Shown here: positions 22,044 through 35,261 of the stretch, piece by piece | Layout of the letters: every line of letters starts with the position of its first letter | Numbering within the stretch: position 1 is the stretch's first letter | Source: Chiloscyllium plagiosum | Taxonomy: Eukaryota | DNA length: 64,000 bases | Direction of reading: 5' to 3' | NCBI RefSeq assembly: GCF_004010195.1 | Contig: NC_057718.1 | Coordinates: forward strand, 95,623,158 to 95,687,157 | Program-made: the position numbers and the translations under genes | Notes under the pieces: generated by a model | What the model was told of the DNA's origin: nothing | Seen by the model: only the letters and a program-made list of their open reading frames with translations | The model's database searches: none

Positions 22044-23898
22044 GTGACAGCTATTATTCAGTCGATCTTAAGGCTCTTAGATTTGTAAGTTGATTGAAAT
22101 TTCTTCATACTGATACCTTTTGAACTATTTGCCAGCACTCTCACTGAAAGAGAGAGTTTGCACCATTTGTTTTACCTGCAATGCAGGTGTGTTTAAATGG
22201 CTGTTCTCAGAGCTGTGGTCCTCACATCACTCTTGACCACGCACAATAAGGCATGTGGCTAACAACAGACTAATATTGTGGTGAATTTCTAACTTTTTAA
22301 ATAAATTTCTGGATGAGATATAGTCATGTCTGCAAGAGATGGTTTTCTGCTGAAAGGGGGGATGTGCAACCCTTTCATTATCTCTTCTTAAATTTCTCTA
22401 TATTTGAAGTTTCCCTCACTCTTTACAGATGTGACATTCCACAGGCTTAATACAGAACATTGTTGGATAATCATTGAATTTAAGTGTATAGTTTACCTTT
22501 TCTGTAGCAGTCCTTTCTTAAAAAAAATTTTGGAATTAAAAGTAAAAAAAAAGGTTAGGGTTAAATACTTGGCTTTTCAATCCATCGTTGTATTATTTTT
22601 TGGCCAGAATAATCAATGGGTGAAGGCTCAAAAATTAGGTTCGAAGACAGATTGTTTTATGGGGCTGGGGTGGGAAAAACAAAACATGTTTTGAATTGTG
22701 AACTGCATCCAAAGGATTTGGCAAAAGTCTAGCCACAACAAAATATTAGGAGTTAGAACTTTCTCTGAACTGCTCCTTGCTCAGCCATTGTCACTAAGCC
22801 AGATGCCTACAGGCGTGGTTAAGACAGCAAAGGGATAAAGATGAGGAATTTAATCTTCCCACATTTATCTGGATACAAACATGATTAATTCAAGACTCTG
22901 TCTAGATTTTCATGTTGGACTCAAGAAATAAAAGTCTTGCCATTTTCCAACTTCTGAAATATGAAACCATCAACTCTACCTGTCTCCCCTCGATGTGGAA
23001 GGACAGAGTCTTCTGAATCCTGGGAATTTTTGGCAAACTTCCAAAACATTACATTGATGTTTGAAATGCCAGTCTTATAATCTCTGTTTCTCCTGTTTAT
23101 ATAATTGTCCAAATGAAAACAGTTGCTGTGTGCAACAGTGTACATTTGTTTGGGATAATTTTGTTTGGAAAAATGGTGATGATGTGTTGTGCTGTACGAT
23201 CAGTATATTAGTGTGTATCTCACAGACATAAGTGTCAGTATACCTTTAAGAGTCATGTTCACTATATTATCTCTGTGTCATAGCTTGTGATCTGATGATA
23301 TAAAAAGATCACATACTGCATCTTAACTTGAGCCACTTGAAGCATGACATGCTGACGGAAACATACTGCTCTTTATAATCCAATAGCCTAATGTAAACTC
23401 AGGTACTGAAGTGCATCGGATAATAATATTATATATTAGTGAGCTGCAGTAAATCTCTGTTGGATCTTACCCACATCTTGTGTTATGAGTAGTAACATAA
23501 ACATGATCCCTTCAACTAAAGATAGCTTGTTGGAGGACAAAATGTGCATCAGATGCTGGTGCCTGTGCTCCACTCAAGCCCTCTTAAGCTTGTCTGGATT
23601 CCCTTTAATTACTTTTATATTATTTGCTTTAACAACTATCTGTGATGGTGAGTCCTAAATTCCTTCCACTGTTCAGGTAAAAGAAGTTTCTTTTGAATTC
23701 TCCACTAGATTTCTTGGAAGCTATCCTATATTGATGACATCTAGGTAAGCTCTTCTCCACAAGAGGAACATTCCACCTATCCACTATATTAATCTTTCAG
23801 AATTTTGAAGATCTCTTAAATCTCCTGATAAGCTGAAAGGTAGAAGTTAAAATATCCCAGGAAATTTTACTTAGCTCAAAGGTCATATAATCTTAATT

Positions 23899-24225
23899 AT
23901 AGAATTCCTACTGTGTGGAAACAGGCCATTCAACCCATCAAGACCACACCACCCCTCCGAGCAGCATCCCACCCAGACCCACCCACCTTCCCTGTAACCC
24001 GGCATTTCCCCTGGCTTCTCCACATAGCCTGCACATCCCGGGCGCTATGGGCAATTTAGCATGGCCAACCCACCCAGCCTGCACATCTTTGGACTGTGGG
24101 AGGAAACCAGAGCAGCCAGCAGAAATGGAGAGAACATGCAACCTCAATACAGACAGTCACCTGAGGCTGAGATTGAACATGGGACCCTAACAATGTGAGG
24201 CAGCAGTGTTAACCACTGCCATCCG
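23899..24225 (-). mobile_element. HE1 SINE
   Basis: Reverse complement of HE1 head, V-domain and tail. Confidence 0.85.
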
Positions 24226-24594
24226 CTGACCCACTCTGCCACAGCTCTCAGCTTATAATGATTCACCTTTATTTCCCAAGAGAAAAAGGTCACCGCATAT
24301 TTCAAACACGAGCTTTTATAACATTTTGTATTCATGATATGAATTATTATCAATTCATACACAAAAGATGATTATTTTGCTAATCACGTTGGCTTCGGGT
24401 GTTATTCAACCCTGGGCTTTTACCAATGCTAAAATAAAATAAATGCTCTTCCTTATTTGGCTTATGTCATATCCAGGAGCAGTTGAGCTGCAACGTAGTC
24501 ATTTCACTGAGGTACGTTGTTTTCTCTGAAACATTTTTAATCACTTTCTATATACACTTAGATACAGTTTCATTTCTTCAGCAAGCAAAACTCT

Positions 24595-26195
24595 AATAGA
24601 CGCATTGGTAATCATTTTCCAATGTTCGAAAGATTCAGGATCAGTTCCCGTAGATTGGAGGGTGGCTAATGTCCCACTTTTCAAGAAAGGAGGGAGAGAG
24701 AAAACAGAGAATTATAGACCAGTTAGCCTGACATCAGTGCTGGGAAAGATGCTGGAGTCAATTATAAAAGATGAAATTATGACTCGTTTGGATAGCAGTA
24801 ACAGGATAGATCAGAGTCAGCATGGATTTACAAAGGGGAAATCGTGCTTGACTAATTTTTTTGAGGATGTAACTATGAAGATAGACAAGGGAGATCCAGT
24901 GGATGTCGTGTACCTGGACTTTCAGAAAGCTTTTGATGAAGTCCCACTTAGGAGATTAGTGAGCAAATTTACGGCACATGGTACAGGGGGCAAAATACTG
25001 ACTTGGATTGAAAATTGGCTGGCTGACAGGAAGCAAAGATAGTGATAAACGGGTCCCTTTCGGAATGGCAGGTACCAGTGGGGTACCACAAGGTTCGGTG
25101 CTGGGACCGCAGCTGTTTGCAATATACTTTAATGATAGAGATGAAAGTATTAAAAGTAATATTAGCAAATTTGCTGATGACACAAAGCTGGGTGGCAGGG
25201 TGAAATGTGAGGAGGATGTTATGAGAATACAGGGTGATGTGGACAGGCTAGGTGAGTGGACAGATGCATGGCAGATGCAGTTTAATGTGGATAAATGTGT
25301 GTTTATCGACTTTGGTGGCAAGAACAGGAAGGCAGATTACTATCTAAATGGAGTCAGGTTAGGTAAAGGGGAAGTACAAGATCTAGGTATTCTTCCTGAA
25401 GAAGGGCTTATGCCCGAAACGTCGATTCTCCTGTTCCCTGAATGCTGCCTGACCTGCTGCGCTTTTCCAGCAACACATTTTCAGCTCATTCTTGTACATC
25501 AGTCAATGAAAGCAAGCATGCAGGTACAGCAGGCAGTGAAGAAAGCTAATGGTATGCTGGCCTTCATAACAAGAGGAATTGAGTATAGGAGCAGAGAGGT
25601 CCTTCTACAGCTGTACAGGGCCCTGGTGAGACCACACCTGGAGTATTGTGTGCTGTTTTGGTCTCCAAATTTGAGGAAGGACTTTCTAGCTATTGAGGGA
25701 GTGCACCATAGGTTCACAAGGTCAATTCCCGGAATGGCGGGACTATCATATGTTGAAAGATTGGAGCGATTGGGCTTGTATACACTTGAGTTTAGAAGGA
25801 TGAGAGGGGATCTGATTGAGACGTATACGTTTATTAAAAGATTGGACACTCTGGAGGCAGGAAGCATGTTTCTGGTGATGGGTGAGTCCCGAACCAGAGG
25901 ACACAGTTTAAAGATAAGGGGTAGGCCATTTAGAACAGAGTTGAGCGGAAACTTCTTCACCCAGAGAGTGGTGGGTGTATGGAATACTCTGCCCCAGAAG
26001 GCTGTGGAGGCCAAGTCTCTGGATACATTGAAGAAAGAGATGGATAGAGCTCTTAAAGATTATGGAAGCAAGGGTTATGGGGATAAGGCAGGAACAGGAT
26101 ATTGATTGTGGATGATCAGTCATGATCATAATGAATGGAGGTGCTGGCTCGAATGGCCAAAGCCTGCACCTATTGTCTATGGTCTATTGTCTAAT
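24595..26195 (+). mobile_element. CR1 LINE, 5'-truncated degenerate ORF2 (RT) with nested 99-bp PLE insertion
   Basis: ORFs 24605-25042 (NYRPVSLTS, QHGF, YLDFQKAFD) and 25008-26105 ([16 protein letters not shown]); (ctattgt)-like tail. Confidence 0.95.
25395..25487 (+). mobile_element. P1 Penelope terminal fragment with hammerhead-like core
   Basis: cctgaagaagggcttatgcccgaaacgtcg...; TSD attctt 25389-25394 and 25488-25493. Confidence 0.8.
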
Positions 26196-27419
26196 GCAAC
26201 TTGCTAACAAGAGTAAAGTAATTAAGCATGCACAATGAAATATTTTGTAAATGATTATAAAGCAGCCTGAATAGAGGGACTTACATAAACTTTAAAATGC
26301 AGTTGTTGCTGTCGCCAAATGCTTCAATCAATCCCGCAATATACATAAATCAGTAATACAATCACTCATGACTACCTATGACTGTGCGGTAATTAAACTG
26401 AATCTGTAGTTTGCAGTTATCATAACTCCTGAATTTTATGGATTTTGTGTTTTTAGTGGGAGAATATATTAAAGCATAGTTGTGCCAAATTTATCAGCTT
26501 CCATAAATTATCAAATTACAAACTTGATGTTTCAAGTTGCTGTCAACGGGAATTTCTACAAATATTTTCGTAATCTTTTCTGCTGTCTGAAAAACGGATG
26601 ACAGTGCAGAAAAAGAAGGTTACAATGCCCAGCAATTTTCACTTGGCTCAAATTTCCTGAAATGTCTTGGCTTATAATGGTTCACATTTGTGCTAACACT
26701 TCATTCATGAAATACAAGCTGATTTCTCCTCAAACTTTCAGCTCTTCTTTATTTAAGGTGCTGACTCATACTTGGGTACGGTTGAAAGGGGCCCTGGTCC
26801 CCTGACAGTGCCTTACCTTTATGGTCGTTCCTTATGTCGCACCATAGGGAATGTAAGTGAGCCATGCAAACATGGAGTGGTCCTTGCTCTAATTGTTGAT
26901 GCCTTCATTGAAGGATACAGTCATTAGGTTATGGGAATATTGGCTAAATGTTTTTCCACTCCTGCGCTGAGAAGATTGAAGCTGCCCCTCGTCCATGTGT
27001 TAAGTGTTCCATTTTCCATCTCACTCATTCATCATTTTGTTCTTCAAAATGTTTATATCATCATAACATTGACTTGGGCAGTGCATTGGGTAAAATGTTC
27101 CACCTCCGTTAAGTCAGACAGCAATTGCAAATTGTGGAAGTGGTTTGGCGCAAGAGGTATGGAACTGGGGGAAGGTTTTTATTTTTAAAAAACATTCTCT
27201 CATAGGCCATCAATTATTGCTTGTGCCTAATTGTCCTGGAGAGGGGCATGCTGGTTGTTAAATGATGTAGCCTGGAAGGAGTTACAGCCTAATAGAAGCT
27301 GCTGACTGTAGATTTCTGCAGCTAAGAGGAATAGAGGGAATAGGTGTTGGAAAGGTTCAGCGTACAGTATAGAGGATTCATAAAAGGAGCAGTGTATTTA
27401 CACCAACTTCATGATGCAC

Positions 27420-27720
27420 TGCGCCAACTCGCTCTCAGCAGCACATTCCAAATCCATAACCTGTATCAGCTAGCAGGACTAGGGCTCTATATACATGGGA
27501 ACACCACCACCTGCAAGTTCCTTTCCAAGCCACATACCATTGTGTCTCAGATCTTTATCATCTATCCTTTGCTGTTGGTAGGTCAAACCCCTGGACCTTG
27601 ATCCCCAACAACACCATGAACTACATGGACTGCAGCATTTCAAAAGGCTTTCTCTCAAGGACAACTAGGGATGATCAATAAGTATTGCTTTTAGCAGCAA
27701 TATTCACATTGTTGAACAAA
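27420..27720 (+). mobile_element. 3' end of a CR1/L2-group LINE sharing its tail with SINE-B (other pieces ~14675-14820 minus, 30975-31205, 33500-33960, 52885-53075 minus)
   Basis: catgggaacaccaccacctgcaagttc...ctcaagg.caa.tagggat..caataa motif recurring. Confidence 0.6.
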
Positions 27721-29351
27721 ATTTTTAAGAATTGTTTGAAAAGAGTTGCAGGGAAGTAAGGACAGAGTGTGGGAGTAGACTCACTGATGCTTACAGCACT
27801 GAGATAGACCGTTCGGTCCAACATGTCCATGGCAGCCAATAGAGAAGTTTCTGATTTCATTGGCAAGATACTGGGCACCCAGAAGCACCACAGGCAGGAA
27901 AGATATGCAGCCAGGAGCTCATCAGAGAGTGAGGCCTCTCACAACTTCAGCTGCAGCGGCCATCATGAGAGCCTCAACGAGACAGCCCTAGAGGAGTGCT
28001 AATGGGAATGTACCACAAATGCTCAGTGCATCAGGAACCATGCATTTAATGTCAAAAGGCAAGGAGGAATACAAAGCCAACTTGGCACATGGTTTTGGCA
28101 TTGGTTGGAGCCTATTCTTTCCAACATGCAAGTGGTGACCAATTTCATTCCACTATTGAACCCAACGATGCAGCATCTGATGACCAATCTCTGAACTCTT
28201 ATTCAGTGCAGCTGGTAGCCATCCTAGTGAACCACTGTAGTTGTTGTACTATGTCTCATGACCACTAAGAGACACACTCCTGACATCATTGCAGTATCAT
28301 ATGACAGTATAAAGGTCTCATACTCTATCTTATCCAAGTATCACTTGAAGCATAATAAGCTATTGAATGCATATAGCTCTCTTTTGTAGCTTAATTGCTT
28401 CATGTTACCCCAGACATTTAGGTGTCTGAAGTATACTGTTTGTAAATAGTAGTCACTTATATTAAAAATCTGTTGCTGTCCACACCCAGTTAATGTTACA
28501 GGAGGTAACATATGCATTGTCACATTAGGTAAAGTGCTCTGTTGATGGCAAAATCACGTCAGTGGTAAAACCTCAGAATGCATAGCTTGCAAAAGGTCTT
28601 GCTAATAATTGGTCCTTCAACAGAGTTTGCCAAGGTGTTACCACAGTCACTACATGGAACGCAAACATTCTTTCCTTTCTCAGTAAAATACCATTCGTCA
28701 TCCTTCCCTTGCCAATCCACCAGTACCCTGGCCATTGACTCATCATCAGCCTCAGCTGTTCATAAATGTCAAGATGATGCAATGCACGGCCTGACCTAGT
28801 ATCCTGCCTGAGGTCATCTTCCAAGGCCTTCTGTAATCTTCTGTACAGAATATCAGGCACTTTCATCTCTCCATGCTCCAGCCTAGGTTAGTCCTTGTAG
28901 GAACCCTACAACAGGCAGAAGTATAGGAATACTTTTATTTCCAATGGTTTGTGTTGCCCTAACCTTGTGCAGTACGTTGAGCTATCTTGCATTGCTCTCA
29001 GCTCATAGCACAGCTTCTGTAAGGAATCCCCGCATGCTGCTGCATGAAGATCATGTCTAATCAACACGTGAGTGCTCCATCTTTAAGTTTCCGGTTTAGC
29101 CGATAAAATCAAATTATAGTTACCAGCTGTTAGGGCCAACACTGTGCAATGCAATTCCAGACTTTCGAACAGGCATTTCATAATTCCACTGCACCAATTT
29201 AGCATTTGTTTTTACTTTTTGTGCAACATTTGGTATCCCATTCTGAATCAATAAATATAGGTATTATAGTGACTGATCAATTGTGGGGCTAGTCGGGGAT
29301 GTTATAAGTGGGCCCCCATCTTCTGTCTAGGAAGTGATCAAATAAGCCAAA

Positions 29352-29587
29352 TGAAATAACTCCAAGGAGGCTGGAACCCAGTCACCTACTCACCCTTTGT
29401 TTACATGTGTGTAGTACATGACCCTGACCCAGCCAGTTTAGAGCTAGCTCCTAGAGTGAACAGAACCCCTGACAAACTTGTTTATATCTGTCAGCCAGGG
29501 CTCCCTAATTTAACCAGGTTAACAACCCTATTCACAGAACTTGCATCCTATGAGATCCACCTGGCTGACATCATTCCAATCACTACA
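29352..29587 (-). mobile_element. Uninterrupted ~236-bp solo LTR-like element
   Basis: Minus strand starts TGTAGTG, ends TTATTTCA; TATA gatataaac; flanks ccaaa/ccaat (5-bp TSD, one mismatch). Confidence 0.7.
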
Positions 29588-30554
29588 CCAATCTCCTATC
29601 CACCCTGAATTCATCCCTACTTGAGAAACCCAGATTTATGGATACCAAAGGTACTCAGCATTAAGCTTGATTATGAGGTCTCCCACAATCAAACTCAGTG
29701 AATCAAAGGGCTTCTTCTGTACTGTACAATTCTACGATTCTGTGAATATCTTTGATCAGGAACCAAACCACCACTGTACCCACTCTGTACCAGCAGACCA
29801 AGACTGTGGGGAGTACAAGTCACCCTGCAGCAATTTGTCAAAATTTCTTCAGTGGTATCTTCCAGCTTTGACCTGCACCTAATAGTAGCTAGTCACTACC
29901 ACTGTGTGCATGTGCTTCTCCAAGTCTCATAACTTCCTGAATTAGATCTATGCTTTGTGCATTGCTGACACCTGTGAAGATTTTTCCAACTCGATGCAAC
30001 TTTGCTTTGGGATCTTTTAGTTCCAGATGAAGGAGGAATAGGCGGTACAGCAATTCCCAGTTTAGTCCAATGGATCACAGTGAAGTTGGGGCAAGGTGCA
30101 AAAGTCCCTTTTTTTTGTTAAAGGTTCAACTGGGTTAAAAATGACTATGGGTTTAAAAAAATGGATGAGTGAGTGGCTTAGTGGGTCGTCAGGTGTTTGG
30201 GAACAGTTGAGTAGTCAGGGTTTGATCAGGCGTTGGAGGGTGGGGAGGAATTTGGTTGTGAGGGTGTTTAGTAGGTTTGGGAGAGATGATCGGGAATGAG
30301 GAATATCCCTGTCAAGAGATAATTAAGGTGTGGGAAATTGAGTGGATGGATCATTAGGGTCATTGGACTGTTGTTGTGGCAGTGATTTTGTGAGGGCGAG
30401 TGGTGGAGGGAGCATTGTTATGGAGTTACCCAGCGATTAGTCCAAGGTTTTAAACCGTCTAACAATTCCTGGATAACTGTCAAGGTAAGTTGCACACATT
30501 TATCCCAATACTGGGACTCCATCTCTGAGTCAGAGGTATTCACATAGGACCCCA

Positions 30555-30893
30555 TTGTGGCATGGTGGCTCAGTGGTTAGCACTGCTGCCTCACAGCACA
30601 AGGGACCAGGTTTGTTTCTAGCCTCGGGCAACTGACTGTGTGGAGTTTGCCTGTTCTCCCCGATACTCTGGTTACCTTCCACAATCCAGCAATGTGCAGA
30701 TTAGCTGAATTGACCATGCTAAATTACCTATTGTGTTCAGGGATGTGTAGGTTAGGTGCATTAGTCAGGGGAAAATACAAGATAATAGAGTAAGGGGAAT
30801 GGGTCTGGGTGGGCTACTCTTCGGAGGGTCGGTGTGGACTTGTTGGGCTGAAGGGCCTGTTTCCACACTGTAGGGAATCTATGATTCTATGAT
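30555..30893 (+). mobile_element. HE1 SINE
   Basis: ggcatggtggctcagtggttagcactgctgcc head; gggcctgtttccacactgtaggg(aatctatg) tail. Confidence 0.9.
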
Positions 30894-32282
30894 CCCAGGG
30901 AACAAGGAATAATCCTTTTGGAACTTTAAACCTCCGAGGTCATTCCCACTTATATCCACATCTCAGGAACTCTACAGGGTCCTGATGTGCATCTTCCCCA
31001 GTCTGCCAGATTTCTGATTGATTTGGGCTTGTTACACCAATCCTTATTTATTGTTGAGTTAAAATCCCTCCCTAACAAAACTATACGTGTTCCCAAAAGA
31101 CAAAGACTACAGCAATTCAACTCTCCACCACCTTCACAACGGCTATTAGGGATCGGCAATAAATACTGTATTGCCAGTGATTCCAACGTATAAATGAATA
31201 AACTTTAACAAATAAAAAGTCCATTGTTACTCATTGGCACAGTGTATGTCAGGGGTCCAGTCATGGATGAATATTTGAGCACAGCAAAACTGAACCCCTC
31301 TTTTACAACTTTTTTTTTGTCTGCACCTATTCCCCTCCCTATTTGGTTGCTCAAGTTGACCCATTTTAGTGCATTGTTTCAGTACCCTGATCAAACTTAG
31401 AGTTCAGTGTCATTCTCCCAGACTTTATCGCCAGGACCACTTCATTCCAGTTCCCCTACATTGCCAACTTGACTTTGAAAGAAACATTCACGAGTATTTT
31501 AAATGAGCACTGGGACTTAAAGAGATGGAGAAATAACAAAAAAAAGTGGGAGAGGGCCTGTGTTCATAAAGGTGCTTTTAGTGGCTAATCGGAATTCTTT
31601 GGAAAAAATAATATAAGCAAAGAAATGGTTTCGTGCTGTTACAGTGAAGACCAGAAATAGTTTTCCATAACTCATACATGCACTACTGTTCTCCTGCCAT
31701 TCCTACAGAAATCAAATCCTACATCATTGAAGTTCAAATTATAAGGAATAACAGCACTGCAGTTCATTGATGTGAGTTGATCTCAGATGCCTGCCACAAA
31801 CTTATCATCAAAAAAAAGCAAACTTGCTGAATGTGAAATAAAACTGGTTCCATAAACGCCAGCCACATAATAGGATAATACAGGCTACAGTGTGTTTCAA
31901 GTATGCTATGGGACATGTGATCAGATAACACTGATAAACGTATGGAGCCTTTCTGTCATTATTTTTCAATGTCTCAATGTACAACACACTCTGACACCAG
32001 TGCAACGATCCACAATTCTCCACTTTGCAAAGATTTGTCAAGGCCAAAAGAATCGAGGGATTCACGAAGAAACAGATTTGGAACATTACAGAATTTTCAG
32101 TTTTTTGTGGGGCTGAGGTGGGATGGGGAGGTGCGGATTACAGAGCGGTCAAGAGATTTCAACGTGACAGTGTGATCTTAATTTGGAAGTGTTGTGGGGC
32201 TAGGAACTAATGTAGGTTGTGAGGAACAAAGAGTAATAACTGAGCAGGACTTTAGAATGCGGGTAGTAGTTAATGGGGTAAA

Positions 32283-32390
32283 GAGAGAAAGCTGAGTCAA
32301 AAAGTGTGGTGCTGGAAAACACAGCAGGTCAGATAGCAACCAAGGAGCAGGAGAGACAATGTTTCAGGCATAAGCCCTTCATCAGGAATG
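32283..32390 (-). mobile_element. P1 Penelope terminal fragment
   Basis: gtgtggtgctggaaaacacagcaggtcag...gcccttcatcaggaa. Confidence 0.75.
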
Positions 32391-32651
32391 TGTTAGACCA
32401 ACTCGGGGAGGATTTGTGTGTAATTTCAGTCGAGAGTTGACGGAGCATTTGGTCTGAATTTCAGCAGCAAATGTATTGTTGGCACAAGCAAGAGAAGAGG
32501 ATGCTGCAGAGGAATTCATTGTCATGGAGCAGATGTCAGATTGGGTGCTCATCTTGGGTCAAATGGAACATTACAGTTTCATACAGTCAGTTTCACTCTT
32601 ACACAGTGGCTGGTGAGAAGGATGGAATTGTTCATTTGAAATGGGAATCAA

Positions 32652-32889
32652 AGATTAGATGAGATTAGATTACATTGCAGCGTGGAAACAGGCCCTTCGG
32701 CCCAACAAGTCCACACCGACCCGCCGAAGCGCAACCCACCCATGCCCCTACATTTACCCCTTACCTAACACTACGGGCAATTTAGCATGGCCAATTCACC
32801 TGACCTGCACATCTTCCTGAGGCGGGAATTGAATCCGGATCTCAGGCGCTGTGAGGCAGCAGTGCTAACCACTGTGCCACTGTGCCACC
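32652..32889 (-). mobile_element. HE1 SINE with internal deletion
   Basis: Head and tail present, V-domain missing at ~32815. Confidence 0.85.
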
Positions 32890-33384
32890 CACAATGATGA
32901 TGGTCTTGCTCTTCCCACTGAAAGAAATTGTGCTTAATCCAGGGCTGTCTTTTTTTTTTAAAAAAAATCATTTAGAGTGAAGCTGACTGTTTGAAACTGC
33001 AATGCTCAATTTGACCCAGGATGAACACCGTGTCACACATCGTCTTCATGATAAAGTGATGCTACTGGCTATTAATGAGTATTAATTGTTGAACCCTAAT
33101 GCCCAGAGGGCAATGTGGACCAGACCAGGTAAGATCGACAGATTTCCTTCCCTGAAAGATATTAGTGAACCAGATGGGTTTTCACAATGATCAGCCATGG
33201 TTATGTAATTGCCATTAGTTTGTTAAACTCCATATTTTTAATAAATTCAAATTTCACTATCAGCCATGCTGGGATTTGAAACCTTGTCCCATTGATGGAT
33301 AGCAAGTTCATTAATGATATCACTATGCCATTGCTCAGAGCCCAGAATGAGGAGGGTGAGGGTTGCCAATGTACATGACACCCA

Positions 33385-33497
33385 ATTACAAACATAAACG
33401 AAAATAGAAATTGCTGCAAAGTCTCAGCATGGTCTGGCAGCATTTGTGGAGAGAAATCAAAGTTAACATTTTGAGTCTGGTGACTCTTCTTCAGAAT
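33385..33497 (-). mobile_element. Penelope-like terminus, family P4 (another piece at ~56336-56420 plus)
   Basis: Minus strand ttctgaagaagagtcaccagactcaaaatgttaac, a degenerate hammerhead-like core, followed by ...cagatgctgccagacc-like terminus. Confidence 0.55.
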
Positions 33498-34059
33498 GCC
33501 AGGCAATGACCATCTCCACTAAGATGCAATCTAACCACCCATCCCTTGACATTCAATGGCATTACCATCACTGAATCCGCCAGCATTAGTATCTCAGTGA
33601 GTTACCATTGGCCCGAAACCCAACTGCACTTGCCAAATAAATAGAGGGGCTGCAAGAGCAGATCAAAGGGTTGACGGACTAAACTGCCTCCTCCTGTTTC
33701 TATTACTATGAAATACGGCAGTAATTCACCTTCTAACTCCTCAAAGCCTGTCCACCATTGACAAGGTACAAATCAGGAATGTAACGGAATACTCTCTGCT
33801 TACCTGGATGGGTACAGCTGATGGGTACAGCTCCAACAACATCAGTTGCAGCAGTTCAAGAAGGCAGCTCACCACTACCTTCCCAAGGGCAACCAGAAGA
33901 CAGGCAATAAATGCTGATCCAACCAGCAGTGCCCACATCCCATGAGGGAATTAAAAAACTAGCAGTCAGTGTCAGTTCCTTGCAGGAAACATGCATGATC
34001 TTGACACCTGACATGGTGACAGAGTTTGTAGTGCCCATCTTGCAGTTCATGGAGGAATG

Positions 34060-34560
34060 CTTAGATGTCATAGGGAAATCACAACAAACAAAGGAAGCCA
34101 TTTGGTCCATTGAGTATACTCTATCATTCAATGAGCTCATGGCTGATCTGATAATCTTCAACTCTACGTTCTATCTTTTCCCGTAATGCTTGACTCCCTA
34201 AACTGATTAAAAATCTGCCTATCTCAGCTTCAATTGTATTTCATGAGCCATCCGCAACACCCCTCTATGCTTAAAAAAAACTCCACAAATTCCAGTGTCT
34301 TTTGAGAGAATAAATTCTTTCTCATCTCTGTCTGAAATGGGTGATCTCTTATTCTGAGACTCTGCTGTCCAGTCTGAGACTCTCCCACAAGGGGTGAAAC
34401 TTTATTGCTGGAACAGCACAGCAGGTCAGGCAGCATCTAGGGAACAGAAGATTCGACGTTTCGGGCACATGCCCTTCTTTGATCTCCAGCGTCTGCAGAC
34501 CTCACTTTCTCCTCTCCCACAAGGGGATACATCCTTTCTGCATAAACTCTGTCAAACCCC
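34060..34560 (-). mobile_element. CR1 3' fragment with nested P1 mini-element (34395-34511)
   Basis: CR1 C-terminal motifs (PFQTEMRKNLFSQ); 15-bp TSD ctctcccacaagggg 34380-34394 and 34512-34526. Confidence 0.8.
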
Positions 34561-34814
34561 ACGGTAAGTGGTACCTCTTTTGCCTGCTTCTCTGGCAATA
34601 TGCCCAGTAAGCACAGCTGACACCTAAATGGGTAAAACAAAATCAAAGTGGCAGCATGGCTGAATGGGTGAAAAATTCAATGCTTGATTGGATGGAGAGA
34701 ACCACAGAGTTCTGTTGTGTGGGGAATCTGTTACTTTTTTCCAGTGGTATGGACATATCCTGGTGTTGGAGGCTGTCAATTGTCAGCGGTTTCTTAATCT
34801 CCACTTCTTACATT

Positions 34815-35095
34815 TAAGAAGGGTCATAGTCTAAGGATATGGGATAGGCCATTTAGGACTGAGATGCGGAGAAATTTCTTCACGTAGGGAGTGGGAAGCT
34901 TCTGGAATTCTCCACCACAGAAAGTGGTTGAAGCTTAAACATTGAATGTTTTCCAGAAGGAGTTAGATGATAGTACTCCAGGCTAAAGGGATATGCAGAG
35001 AAAACGGGAACAGGGGACTGAGTTGGGTGATCAGCCACGATCATATTGAATGGCAAAACAGGCTTGAAGGGCCGAATGGCCCACTCCTGCACTTT
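34815..35095 (+). mobile_element. CR1 3' end fragment
   Basis: ggccatttaggactgagatg..aatttcttcac..; gaagggccgaatggcc tail. Confidence 0.8.
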
Positions 35096-35261
35096 GTTTC
35101 GAAGTTACACCAAGGATTTCCAGGAGACTTGAATGGAACTCCCTCTATGGGTGAATGCCACAAGTTTATGGGTGAGCCATGCTGACATCAGTCATAAGTA
35201 TCAGTCAGTTGTACTGTGGATATAGTTTGAGGGTGAAGAAACTGTTTGGATATGAGCTTTA

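Noticed and set aside
27780..29050. Possible Harbinger/Myb-SANT transposon relic
   Set aside because: No convincing DDE motif or TIRs readable by eye
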